From assembly GCA_964016885.1 (NCBI GenBank), contig OZ024746.1:61566001-61630000 (forward strand): a DNA stretch of 64,000 bases. The letters run 5' to 3'. This document shows positions 40,400 through 51,901 of the stretch, piece by piece (position 1 is the stretch's first letter; each line of letters starts with the position of its first letter). This DNA comes from Eledone cirrhosa (Eukaryota). The notes beneath the pieces are model-generated. The model had not been told where the DNA came from and did not search any database. It was given only the letters and a program-made list of their open reading frames with translations. A program made the translations under genes and the position numbers.

Positions 40400-42170
40400 T
40401 TGGTTTTGTAACAAATCTAATTGAAGCACATAGATTACGTTGAAGGCTGGGATTCAACAGATTATTATATAGTTGAAGGAAGTATGGGGTAAGGTGAGAA
40501 TTTCTGAAATACAGGAGTATACCAAAATAAATCTAACTAGAAACTTTTTCTCAACAATCAAGAGTGTGTATAAACCTAGTAGGAGATGCATTGTTGCATT
40601 CTTCATTAAGGACATGCAAAGAAACTTGATTCTGAGTACTGTAGGTATCCAACACTGCTATCAAGAATATTTTAGTGAACTGTGCCACAAGACCCCAAAA
40701 GTGGTATTTGGCATCTGTTCTCACTAATATTGAAGTGATCATAGCTAACAGCAGCTCAAGAACCATTATTCAGTGGGCTCCAATGGCATTCTGATTGAGT
40801 TGCTGAGTTAGAAGGGCTGAAATTATAGGCATATTTTGTCAGTTTAATTAAATCTATATAAACTGTCAGAAAATTAATTGTCCTCCATTATAAGAAATGT
40901 GTAAATCATTGTGTCACAGCTACAAGGGAGTCTCACTCTTATTGATAGTGGCAAAATTTTATCTCAAATCATCCTGGCATGACTCACTGAATTATATGAG
41001 AATGTATCCGACATGTCACATGATCCCAGACAGAAGCACTGCTGACATGGTGTTTGTGCTATGCCAGCTACAAGAGAAATACACAGAACAACAGAATCAA
41101 TTATACATAGTATACATAGAATTCCCTAAGGCCTTTCACAGTATCAACAGAGTCAAACTCTGGAGAGTTCTTGGCAGATTGAGCTGCTCTAAGAAGCTTG
41201 TGTCACATATTGTACTTCTTCAGGACGGTATTAAGACTTCTGTCAAACATGACTCTGGCAATATACAACTGATTGACATTGACTATGATGTGAAGCAAGG
41301 ATGTGTACTGGTTGGTACTCACATTGTTCGCATTGTACTTGAGTGAAATGCTAGAAGTAGCAGCGAACTCTCTTTTCCAAAAGAAGTGTGAGTATGATAT
41401 TTAGGTTGGAAAGCTAGCTGTTCAACCTAAAATTGTTGAAAGTGTGCACCAAAGTAAAGCCATTTATAGTTCATGAAATCATGTACACTGATGCTCTGTG
41501 TTAAGTTACTAAAGTGAAGCCATTGGTAGTTCATGAACTCTTCTACACTGATGCTCTATGCTAAGTTACCATTCAATTTAACCTTAACATAAATGTTTGT
41601 AAATTGAAAGTTATGGTTGAAGCAGCAAGGCATACTGTAGTGCCAATGGCCAACATCTCTATAGTCAGACAAGCAATCAAATGCATTGAACATTTTGTAT
41701 ACCTTGGTAGCAATATATCTCATGATGATAGCATCAATAAAAAAGAAATTGAATGATGAATACATAGGCTGAGTTTGGTATGGGGTACACTGAGAAGAAA
41801 GATCAAGAAACTCAAGAAATTTACCTAAATTGTTGTGTATAAGGCAGTGGTAATGCTAATCCTCACCTCCTGCAGTGAGATAGAAGATTTATTACAGATG
41901 TTGCTTGCAGCTAGAGTCCTTTTATTTAAAAACACAAGAATGATAAGCAAGACAGAGGATCAAACCTGGAAGTCTTTGACCGCACCAGAATAAGTAGCAA
42001 AAAAGTAATCCTCACCAAATTAAAGTTGTGTTTGACTGGATATGTTGTCAGGTTGGCTGAGAACAGACTGCCCTAAGTCTTCTTCTATGCTGAACTTACA
42101 TGTGGAGCAAGAGTGCAATTGGACAGAAAAAGTAATTCAAGGATGATCTTCAACAGACCCTGAATGACAC
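40400..42170 (+). mobile_element. Old degenerate RTE/BovB-like LINE remnant
   Basis: RSTADMVFVLCQLQEK...IVYIEFPKAFHSINR...VKQGCVL; downstream traces of YLGS and RLP..FYAELTCGAR; many stops. Confidence 0.75.
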
Positions 42171-43019
42171 TCTCTTACCACTTAGTGTCTGCTTGAGCTG
42201 TCTAAACTTCACTTTGATCAGGTCACTGTGTATAGAGACAGATTTGTGACCTAGCAGCAGTTTCAGCAGACAGAACCATCTGGTCTATAAATTCAGTTTG
42301 TGTGCAACATCTGCAGTTAAGTCTGTTGAGCCTGTATTGAACTTTTTACCTATGTGTGTGTCCATTGTGCCAGCTGTCTTGAAGAAAAACATCATCTTTG
42401 ACTTCAACATAGTACATTGAAGAAGTTTGTGTCTGTGTCTGTTTGTTTGTCTGTGTGTGTGTGTCTGTTTGTCTCTGTGTGTGTTTGTCTGTCGGTCTGT
42501 GTGTGTCTGTAGGTGCATGTTTGTCTGTCTCTCTGTTTATGTGTGTGTGTGTGTATCTGTCTGTCTCTCTCTGTATATGTGTATGTACAGTGTGATGGGG
42601 GGGGGGGGGTTATATAACAGTTGTATTTATATGCTGTTATATACTATTTTCAATGTTCTGGAATATTTTGTTGATAGATCAACTTATAATCCTGCTTCTG
42701 GTGAAGTGAATATATTTTTTTACATCGGTTATAGAATTACTTCACCAGGTGTGTCTGTCAGGTGGCAGCTTCTTTTTAAATTAGATTTAGCTACCTTCGG
42801 CCAGGTGAAGCTACATTGCTATTAACATTCATTAGTTCTATCCTGTCTCAGCTCTGAGATATGTTTTTACACAACTCCTGCCATCCATTTCTGCAGGGTT
42901 ACCCAAGAGTTCCTAGACCATTTTATATATATATATCTAGGGTGGGTAAAATTCCTGATATATATATATATATATATATTAGAATATAAATATTAATAAA
43001 ATAGATGTTCTTTTGATCA

Positions 43020-43082
43020 ATTACATTTTATTATACATATTTCGGATGTACAACAGTACGTCCTCATCAGACAAAATATAAT
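43020..43082 (-). ncRNA. Type I hammerhead ribozyme motif (minimal, Penelope-like type)
   Basis: The - strand reads AUUAUAUUUUGU-CUGAUGA-GGACGUAC-UGUU-GUACAUCC-GAAA-UAUGU-AUA/AUAAAAUGUAAU. It has the full core, a 12-bp stem I, stem II with 7 of 8 pairs, and a quasi-palindromic stem III. Confidence 0.82.
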
Positions 43083-44356
43083 GATACATGACATACCCTG
43101 AGATGTTAAATGGTTAAGATTTAATCAAGGTAGTGATTACCCTAAGAGAAAATTTAACATTTATACCCTAATAATGAGAAAATGCGAAAACGTAATAAAT
43201 TCAATAGAGAATGTGTGAGTAAGAAAAACGTTGCTTACTGTACCAGTTATCGAGATTTTAAAATGTATGATACTACAATTTATCTAGGAAAGCATTTCAT
43301 GAATTATAACAGTCAGTGAGAGAAGGGGTGTAATGTATGCAGAAGGAGATTTTTTTCCGAAAGTTAAACGGTTAAGTTTGAAAATATTTAATTTATGTTA
43401 TCTTAGGGTGAAGAATCAATATTTTAGGGGTTTTTTTTTAAATTGGTGGTTATTTATATATTAGTTTTGTAAATTTTATAAGTGTGTTAAGATTTCTAAG
43501 CTTCTGAATTTTTTGATGATAAGATTAAAAGGGTTTAGCTGGCCATTATTAAGGAAAGTTTACACTGTTGAATATTTTCCTAAATGTAATCTTTAATGAA
43601 GTTAGTTATTGTCAGCGTATTAGCTTTTGAAGTACTTATTGTTATAAAAATTTAAATAACGGTTATGTATATAGATATATATTAATTAATGAGCCAGTAT
43701 ATTTTAGGTAAATGATAATGAAAATAAAATAAAAATAAAATAATAGATTGAGGCATGTTAAAACTAAATATATACCCATATATAACCGTGTGTACATGTA
43801 TTAATTATTCCTAGCTTAAAATAAAACAATCAAAAAATTTAGAAGTTAACTGAAAATTATGTATATAAAGATATTGGGAGTTATATATGGATATATCTTA
43901 TATTATGTATTAGTGATACAGTATACTTTAGGTAAATGATAACGGTTATAATTTTATATAATAAAGTTCTACGTGTTAAAGTTAAATACATATATATATA
44001 TAAGAAAAACAATAATAAATGCATGGATAATTCATAGTTCGAAATAATGTTTATAATAATTTGTAATTTGGATATTTGCTCTGTATTTGATATAAGAATG
44101 CGGTAGGTATATTTAAAAACATAGAAAATATAATTACATACACATTATAAATAAGAGATCATAAACGCATGAAAAATTCAGTTATAAATAAGTTCAGTAA
44201 AGATGTAAGGGTTGGATACAAAACTCAGATTTAAAACTTAAGTAGGAAGATAAGGATAGAGAAATAAAGAAATAACGGTATGGATCAAAGTTAACAGAAT
44301 AATGTTATGTGTATCAATGTTCCGGCATGTTATATATATATATATGTATGTATATA

Positions 44357-44589
44357 CAGGGTGAATCATAAGTAACCAGGCAGTACTCCAACATTTATAA
44401 TCCAAATGATAATATTTACTAAAATTCTGGTCATACAGTATGAAATTATAAATACATTAAACAAAAGTAGTTAAAAAAAAAATATAATTAAAGTTGACCT
44501 TGTTCCTCTATACATTTAAAAATGGATGTTCATCTATGAACCTTGCAATAAAAATTCATTAAGTGCCTGGTTACTTATGACTCACTCTG
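44357..44589. mobile_element. Tc1/mariner-type MITE
   Basis: TA-cagggtgaatcataagtaaccaggca ... tgcctggttacttatgactcactctg-TA. Confidence 0.82.
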
Positions 44590-47116
44590 TATATAAAATG
44601 GTCTAGTGACTCTTGGGTCACCTTGTATGTTGTAATGGCATATCTGTCTGTCACATACAATAATTTATGCTTCTGGTATAATTTTATCAATGCCTGAGCT
44701 CATCAACAGCTGTCATTCTGTCTTCACTGTTTTATTTAGTCTTATTTTTTTTCCATTATGTCTTTCAGTATTAAGCTGGGAACCGAGTGTTGGTAAATAT
44801 CTTATTTGAAGTTCAAATTTCTCCATTATGTATAGTTCTACTTTCAACTGTTTCATTTATAACAGACAATCTAGACACCATCCTTAAATATAAAGGAAGC
44901 AAGTTCTGTACAAACAACTGTAATTTAAATAATGTTGGGTCAACTTCCCTCTAATCATTTCCTAGCATCTTAAAAAAATGGAATGACACATTGTACAAAG
45001 TTTCTAATATAGAAAAATAGAGATGATCATGGCTGTAATAGTTTGGGTCATAGGTCTACTCAATTGTGTTTAACCTGGGGCTAAATAATAACAACTTCAA
45101 AATGTATGGACACTTCAGATTCAGTATTTGCAAGTAAAAATGTGCTTTTATCAAACCTTCATTGTTTTACATCCTGTCTTGCTAACACAGAACTGTTTCT
45201 AGCTTGGTTTCTAGAGCTGGATGACCTTCTTAACAGTTGGCATTAGGAAAGTCATCCAGCTGTAAAAGCCAAACCAGAAACGATTCTCTGTGGGCATGAT
45301 CATCTGATCTGCTCTTGTCTCACAATAGGACAACCTGTCTAACCCATGCTAGCATGGAAAAAAGGTCATTAAATGATGATGATGATGATAATGATGTTTT
45401 CGTTGATATATTTTTTTTTTTCGATTCCATGCAGTGGTTTTTACAAATGTAAACATTTGTAAAATATTAGAGGAATTAATTTTACAGTTGATTGCCCTTT
45501 CATTTGCTAATCACTTGATGGTGAATTAGAAGTGGAGCCTGTTTTACAGTCAGCCTGACTGAGGCAAATGCAATTATCTGCTTTACCAAAGGCCACATCA
45601 TAATGACTGTAGGAGTGAGGTATGAATTTGAGATAATGGGATTGGTAGTTTAGTACCTTAATCTCACTCTGATCAAATAATTCATTGGATTTGTTACCAT
45701 CTTGTCCAAGGTGGGCTCAGGCAGAACCAACTAGTAAATATACATTACTCATATGTTTCAAAAACAAAATAGGATTATCAACACAACAAATGCTTTGTTC
45801 TTCTATGGACAGGGCTGACACCCAAATACTGAAACAAGCACTTAATAAACAATACACTTTTAATGTACCTGAATATATTTTTACACCACCTGCCAAAAGA
45901 CTCCCAAATTTTTGTAACTTACTAATGACCAGTGGTATGCATTCCTAAGAAACAAGGTAAGCATTGCTTACCCTATAATGATTATCATTGATATAATTAT
46001 CTTGCCATTTATTTTTCTCTTTCACGGTTTCATAGATTACTAGACTCCTTATCATAGAATTTAAATAACATTATATTTTGGAATGATATAATAAATTATT
46101 AATAGGATAATTTAAAAACATTTTTTTAATTTTAATTAGATTTTGTTTTGAAAGAGATGGTATCACTATATTAGGCTACTGTCTCTCTCAAATACACAAT
46201 ATCCCATTCAATAAAGATGGTATCACTATATTAGGCTACTGTCCCTCAAATACATAATATCGCATTCAATAAAGATGGTATCACTGTAATAGGCTACTGT
46301 CCCTCAAATATGCAACATCTTGTTTGTTTTTCATAACACACCACTTCTAATGATTCAGTGTGTGAAAGGATAATTTAAGATTGTATGTCTGATAAATATA
46401 AATATATTTTCTGAACTATAAAAATACATGTTTGTAGCAATACATTTGCAGAGATCGAATAGATATAGCTGTATTTCCTGATGTGTAACAATACAGTTGT
46501 GAACATCTACTAACTATAGATATGTTTCCTGAAATATAACAATGCAGAAAAATATTTCTAACAATACAGTTGGATTCTAATAATAGTTTTCAACCCTGTT
46601 TGTTTTTCATTTATACATAATGAGTAGTTTAGTATAGAGCAATGACTAATATATCACTTCACAGTGGAAGATATGCCTTCAAAATTGTCCTGTATATGAT
46701 AAGTAACATAGTGATGTCTTTAGATCACTACATTATAATAATAGGCAGTGATTATTTTCAAATGTGTATGTTGGATAATGATTAACAAAAATAACTAACA
46801 GTAAATACTATCAAGAGGTCTTTTTATTAACATGACATCACAGCAAAAACTATATTCAATATATAGGGTGTCTTACTCTAAAAATATTATAAGAATATCA
46901 ATGATTTTTGGAAAACCAGACAAAAAAATACATGAATATTGGTTAACACTTTTGTAATAATATTTCTAATGATATAATCTGTATTTCAATAAATTAATGA
47001 AGAATTTTTGGTGGTGGGAGTGGGAGTATTTACTCAAATTATTTATTATTTCATTAAGATAATATTTGTAACATAACAAAAAGTTCTTAGATTAAATTAT
47101 GTTGAAAGATTCTAAT

Positions 47117-47342
47117 TTAACCCTTTAGCATTTAAACCGACCATATCTGGCGAGAATTCTCTCACATCTTTCTGTTCAAATTGGCTGTAACCAACCAGTC
47201 ATACTGATGTTACGGTATTGTTCTCAAAATAAATATCAAAATCTCGTAGATTCGATATTATGTGGGATGATTATGTGAGATAAAGCCTTTTCTGTGAAAA
47301 TACAACAGTAAATATAGAGTAATACGAATGCTAAAGGGTTAA
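47117..47342. mobile_element. piggyBac-type MITE, complete
   Basis: TTAA CCCTTTAGCATT ... AATGCTAAAGGG TTAA. Confidence 0.85.
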
Positions 47343-47626
47343 ACAGGAACCCTTTCAAATGTTTTTTTTTTGGGGGGGGGGGGGGGGGGGTTAATAGAAA
47401 TAAAGCTAGTTTAGAGCAGGCTGGTATCACAGGGAATGAACATTGTTGCAGTCATTGTTCTTTTGGAGCGAAAACGAAAAACAGAGTGTTACTATTGGGT
47501 ATATCAGTTGTTCAAGTGATGTAAATAATACATTTAAAAACCAGAATCAGTGAAAAGAAACATGCCTATGGTATTCTGGCACAGATTCTACAAGAATCCT
47601 GCCTCCATTATTAGTTTATATTTCCA

Positions 47627-47810
47627 CGGTGGATTGGCAGTATCAGTAGAGAGTCGGACACCATGCTTTCAAGCATAGAGTTACGTCCCTTTACGGTCTG
47701 AATTCAAATCCCGCCGAGGTTAACTTTGCCTTTCATCCTTACGAGGTCGATAAAATAAAGTAGCAGTAATACACTGGCTAATTGCTGGCCTTGTGCCAAA
47801 AGTAGAAACA
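47627..47810 (+). mobile_element. SINE family A with perfect 20-bp TSD
   Basis: attattagtttatatttcca at 47607-47626 and 47811-47830. Confidence 0.9.
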
Positions 47811-48127
47811 ATTATTAGTTTATATTTCCATCTTTAACTCTTTAGCATTTACATTACTTTATATATATTATTATATTTCCACTCAGTTGAGTGTCCTGCT
47901 CATAGAACAGCAGTGAAGAGAGGTCAATGAACTTGTTGAATAGTTGAAAGGTGTCCAAGTATCTCATTTATCTATAGTCTTTAATATTTCATCAGTTATC
48001 TCTTCTCTATTGACATTCTAGTCATTGGTGTCAGCTTCATTCTCATCTGCTGCTTCCACTCTCTTGATACTTCTATCTGAAGAGACAAAACTGCTTTCCA
48101 ATGAAATCTAACTCAAAAACACTCTGT

Positions 48128-48356
48128 TTAACACTTTAGCATTTACATTACTCTATATATACTATTGTATTTTTGTGATAAAGACTTTATCTTACATAAT
48201 CATCTCTCATAATATCGAATCTATGAGATTTTGATATTATTTATTTTGAGAACAATACCTTAAAATTAGTATGAGCAGCCACTTATGGCCGGTTTGAACA
48301 GAAAGAGGTGAGAGAATTCTGGCCAGATATGGCCAATTTAAATGCTAAAGGGTTAA
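48128..48356. mobile_element. piggyBac-type MITE, inverted relative to the 47117 and 49750 copies
   Basis: ttaacactttagcattta ... taaatgctaaagggttaa. Confidence 0.85.
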
Positions 48357-48744
48357 TTATTGATACATTTGTTATTATAACCAGATGTCTAAGCAATATC
48401 CTTCAAAAGATTTAGCTTCAGAATTGAAGAATTGTAAGAACTAGAATTTCTCAACTTCATATTTTAACTGAAAAGTTTAAACATTTATGAAATTGTTTTT
48501 ATTGCTATCTCCAGCAAATATTTATTTGACTCATTCTTATATCTATATATGAAATTAGGTGATGTATATATATATATATATACATATATATGTATGTATG
48601 TATGTATGTGTGTATGTATGTGTGTAAGTATGTGTGTGGTGAATTCTAAATTTGGGTGGAGGAATCAGAATTAAAAAGATTTTTGGAATTATTCAAATAA
48701 CTTAATATTTTTTTCCTGTAATGTTGAGTATTCACAAAAAAATA

Positions 48745-48987
48745 TCCATCATCATCATCATCACCACCACCACCACCGCTGCCACCATCATCAACTTCAC
48801 CACCACTACTATCATTATCATCACCACTACTGCCATCATCACCACCACTGCCACCATCATCTTCATTACCACCACCACCACTACCATCATCACCACCACC
48901 ATCACTACCAATGCCATCATCATCATTACAACCACCACCATCATCATCATCATCATCACTGTCACCATTACTATAAGCATCATCACT
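48745..48987. repeat. (CAT/CAC)n compound microsatellite
   Basis: Seen directly in the sequence. Confidence 0.9.
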
Positions 48988-49181
48988 GCTGTGTTCTTTC
49001 ACTGTACACTGACACAGATTTGTGTAGTTTAATGATATACAATAATTTATGTTGTCATTTTACTAATGTTACATAATGTATGTATAATAGATATCGTCTC
49101 AAATATATATATATCCATGTATAGTAGCAACCTAGAAGTTGTCATTTTAGTGATAATACATGCTGTATATTTGATTAGTGA

Positions 49182-49547
49182 AGGCGCGTGGCTGAGTGGT
49201 TAGAGAATTGGATTCGCAATTGTGAGGTTGTGAGTTCGATTCCCATGATGCGTTATGTCCTTGAGCAAGACACTTTATTTCATGTTGCTCCTTCTACCTG
49301 GAGTTGCGACCAATAGATAGTATTAGTATTAGCAATTGGAAAAAGGGCGGTGGATTGGCAGTATCGGTAGAGGGTCGGACGCCATGCTTTCAAGCATAGT
49401 TACGTCCCTTTACGATCTGAGTTCAAATCCCGCCGAGGTTGACTTTGCCTTTCATCCTTACGGGGTCGATAAAATAAAGTACCAGTAATGCACTGGGTAA
49501 TTGCTGGCCTTGTGCCTAAAGTAGAAACAAGTATTAGCAATTGGAAA
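49182..49547 (+). mobile_element. SINE family B 5' part followed by a family A insertion (49345-49529) with 18-bp TSD
   Basis: ggcgcgtggctgagtggttagag...gagttcgattccc...ccttgagcaagacac; TSD agtattagcaattggaaa at 49325 and 49530. Confidence 0.82.
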
Positions 49548-49749
49548 GGCCAATGGAGACATTGTTTCCTCGGTCCGATTTGACGCAAGTCGATGGACTG
49601 TCGATGTATGATAGATATAGTCGCTAATATCCATGTGAGCAGCCAGCTAGAACATTAGTTTACTACAACTAAATAGTAGATACAGTCTTTCTCTTATTAC
49701 AGTTATTTGTGAGAAGAAAAGTTATTGTTGTTCCTATAGTCCAGTATAT

Positions 49750-50023
49750 TTAACCCTTTAGCATTTAAACCAGCCGTATCCAGCCAGAATTCTCTCACCT
49801 CTTTCTGTTCAAACCAGCTGTAACTGGCTGCTCATACTTATGTTAAGGTATTATTCTCAAAATAAATAATATCAAATTCTCATAGATTCGATATTATGTG
49901 AGATAATTATATGAGGTAAAGCCTTTACCATGAAAATATAATGGTAAATATAGTATATAAATAGGGAGACACAAAGCAGGCTTAGTATATATATATAGAG
50001 TAATGTAAATGCTAAAGGGTTAA
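49750..50023. mobile_element. piggyBac-type MITE with ~45-bp internal insertion
   Basis: Intact TTAA/TIR ends; an extra segment sits in the TA run at ~49950-49995. Confidence 0.85.
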
Positions 50024-50158
50024 AGAGGCAGAGAGTGACAAATTTCTCTTGTCTGCTTTAAATACAGGAATATGAACTCCATTTGTTTGGAGTATATTCT
50101 CTCAGATCTTTATATATACGTATGTGTGTGTATGTGTAGATGTATGTTTACTTACACA

Positions 50159-50206
<48 letters not shown>

Positions 50207-50327
50207 TGTGTATATGTATGTATATATATATATATACACACACATGTGAGTATGTGTAGTGAATTCTAAATTTATATATATATACACACACACGTGTATA
50301 TGTATGTATATATATATATATGTGTGA

Positions 50328-50359
<32 letters not shown>

Positions 50360-50559
50360 GGGTCACATTGAGCCAATCCTCTGCAAAACGTGTGTAACAG
50401 GTCAATACACTATAAATATTTTTCACATGTAAACGAAACTTCCTCGTTTTTTTTTTCTATTATATACACATTGCCTGTGCATAGAGTGCTTGATTTGGTA
50501 CCAACACCAGTATTTCACCCTACTACCTACAATATATACACAAACACACACACATAATA

Positions 50560-50783
50560 TACAGGGTGTATCAAAGAGGCTATATTTCAAAAGGCTATAC
50601 TATATATTTTAAACAAATGACCATCTAATCATGCAGTAATTTTAACAATACATGTTTGAATGTAAAGTTTTATTCTTCTTTTTATAACTTTTATATATTT
50701 TTATAAAGTTATTTACATATTGAGCATTTTTGTAAAAATTGTAAATAAAATCAGATGATTTTTTTTTTTTAATACACCCTGTA
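50560..50783. mobile_element. Tc1/mariner-type MITE
   Basis: TA-cagggtgtat ... atacaccctg-TA. Confidence 0.7.
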
Positions 50784-51129
50784 TATTATTTATATATGTG
50801 AGTGTGTATGTTTGTGTAACTGTCACTATCAACCTTACCCTGTAAAATAATGCCAGTACACTCCTTACATGTATTGACGTCTCAATTAGTTCATCTTTGA
50901 TAGCATATCATACATAAACTGTACATATTTTGTACTGCACTGTGACTAATTCACATTAAAAAATTGAAGCCTAATTTTTAATGTGCAAATTTTCATGCCA
51001 ATCTGTTCACTAGTAGAGACACTATAATATAAACATTTGAATGAACAAACTTGTTTTTAGGTATTTTCTGCTAAATCATTACAGAATGTTAAATGTTTAT
51101 ACATACATACATACATTTATGTATATATG

Positions 51130-51265
51130 TTTTATTTTACATAAAAATAACTTCTATGGGACTAGAACAGTTTCATTTGTATGAAATCATCAGGAAAGTC
51201 CTGAAGGTTTCATACAAATAAAATAGTTCTAGTCATGGAGAATTCATTTCTATATAAAATAAAAT
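51130..51265. repeat. Imperfect palindrome with back-to-back degenerate hammerhead-like cores
   Basis: gtttcatttgtatgaaatcatcagg-aaagt-cctgaaggtttcatacaaataaaa; the - strand reads CUGAUGA-N12-GAAAC. Confidence 0.7.
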
Positions 51266-51379
51266 AAAAATGCTTATACTCTACCAATGTATTGAGAATC
51301 TTTATTAATTATGGTTACCCTCGCTCCTCAACCAACTCAGGAATCTACATATATATATATGTGTATGTGTATATATCTA

Positions 51380-51420
<41 letters not shown>

Positions 51421-51425
<5 letters not shown>

Positions 51426-51814
51426 TAAACGGAATAGAAAATGCTGACAAATTGTTCACAGTTGAAAAATGGTTTAATTAGGAATAAAAGAGTATTAGTG
51501 ATTGTATGGGTTAGTATTCAGTTGTGGTTTTAAGTTTTTAAGTTTTTACCGGTTGCGCATTTCTAAATGCTTTTCAAAAATAATTTTGAGATAGAGTGTC
51601 CGTGTTGTTTGCTCAGATCAGAGCAAACAGCACGGACACTCTATCTCAAAATTATTTTTGAAAAGCATTTAGAAATGCGCAACCGGTAAAAACTTAAAAA
51701 CTTAAAACCACAACTGAATACTAACCCATACAATCACTAATACTCTTTTATTCCTAATTAAACCATTTTTCAACTGTGAACAATTTGTCAGCATTTTCTA
51801 TTCCGTTTACCAAT
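51421..51814. repeat. 394-bp near-perfect palindrome (194-bp arms, 6-nt centre) inserted in (TA)n
   Basis: The arms are reverse complements with one mismatch seen; the centre is gctc-agatca-gagc at 51611-51624. Confidence 0.95.
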
Positions 51815-51848
51815 ATATAATAACTTGTGTGTTACACCTCTATTCTTT

Positions 51849-51901
<53 letters not shown>

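Larger units (their letters stand above)
42894..44625. mobile_element. Outer mariner-like TIR pair enclosing nested insertions
   Basis: cagggttacccaagagttcctagaccattttatat (42894) is the near reverse complement of atataaaatggtctagtgactcttgggtcaccttg (ends at 44625). Confidence 0.7.

Noticed and set aside
48076-48110. CTGAAGA...GAAA possible hammerhead
   Set aside because: There is no stem II or stem I pairing.
48646-49032. Gly/Asp-rich and Thr/Ile-rich ORFs
   Set aside because: They are translations of a CAT/CAC microsatellite.
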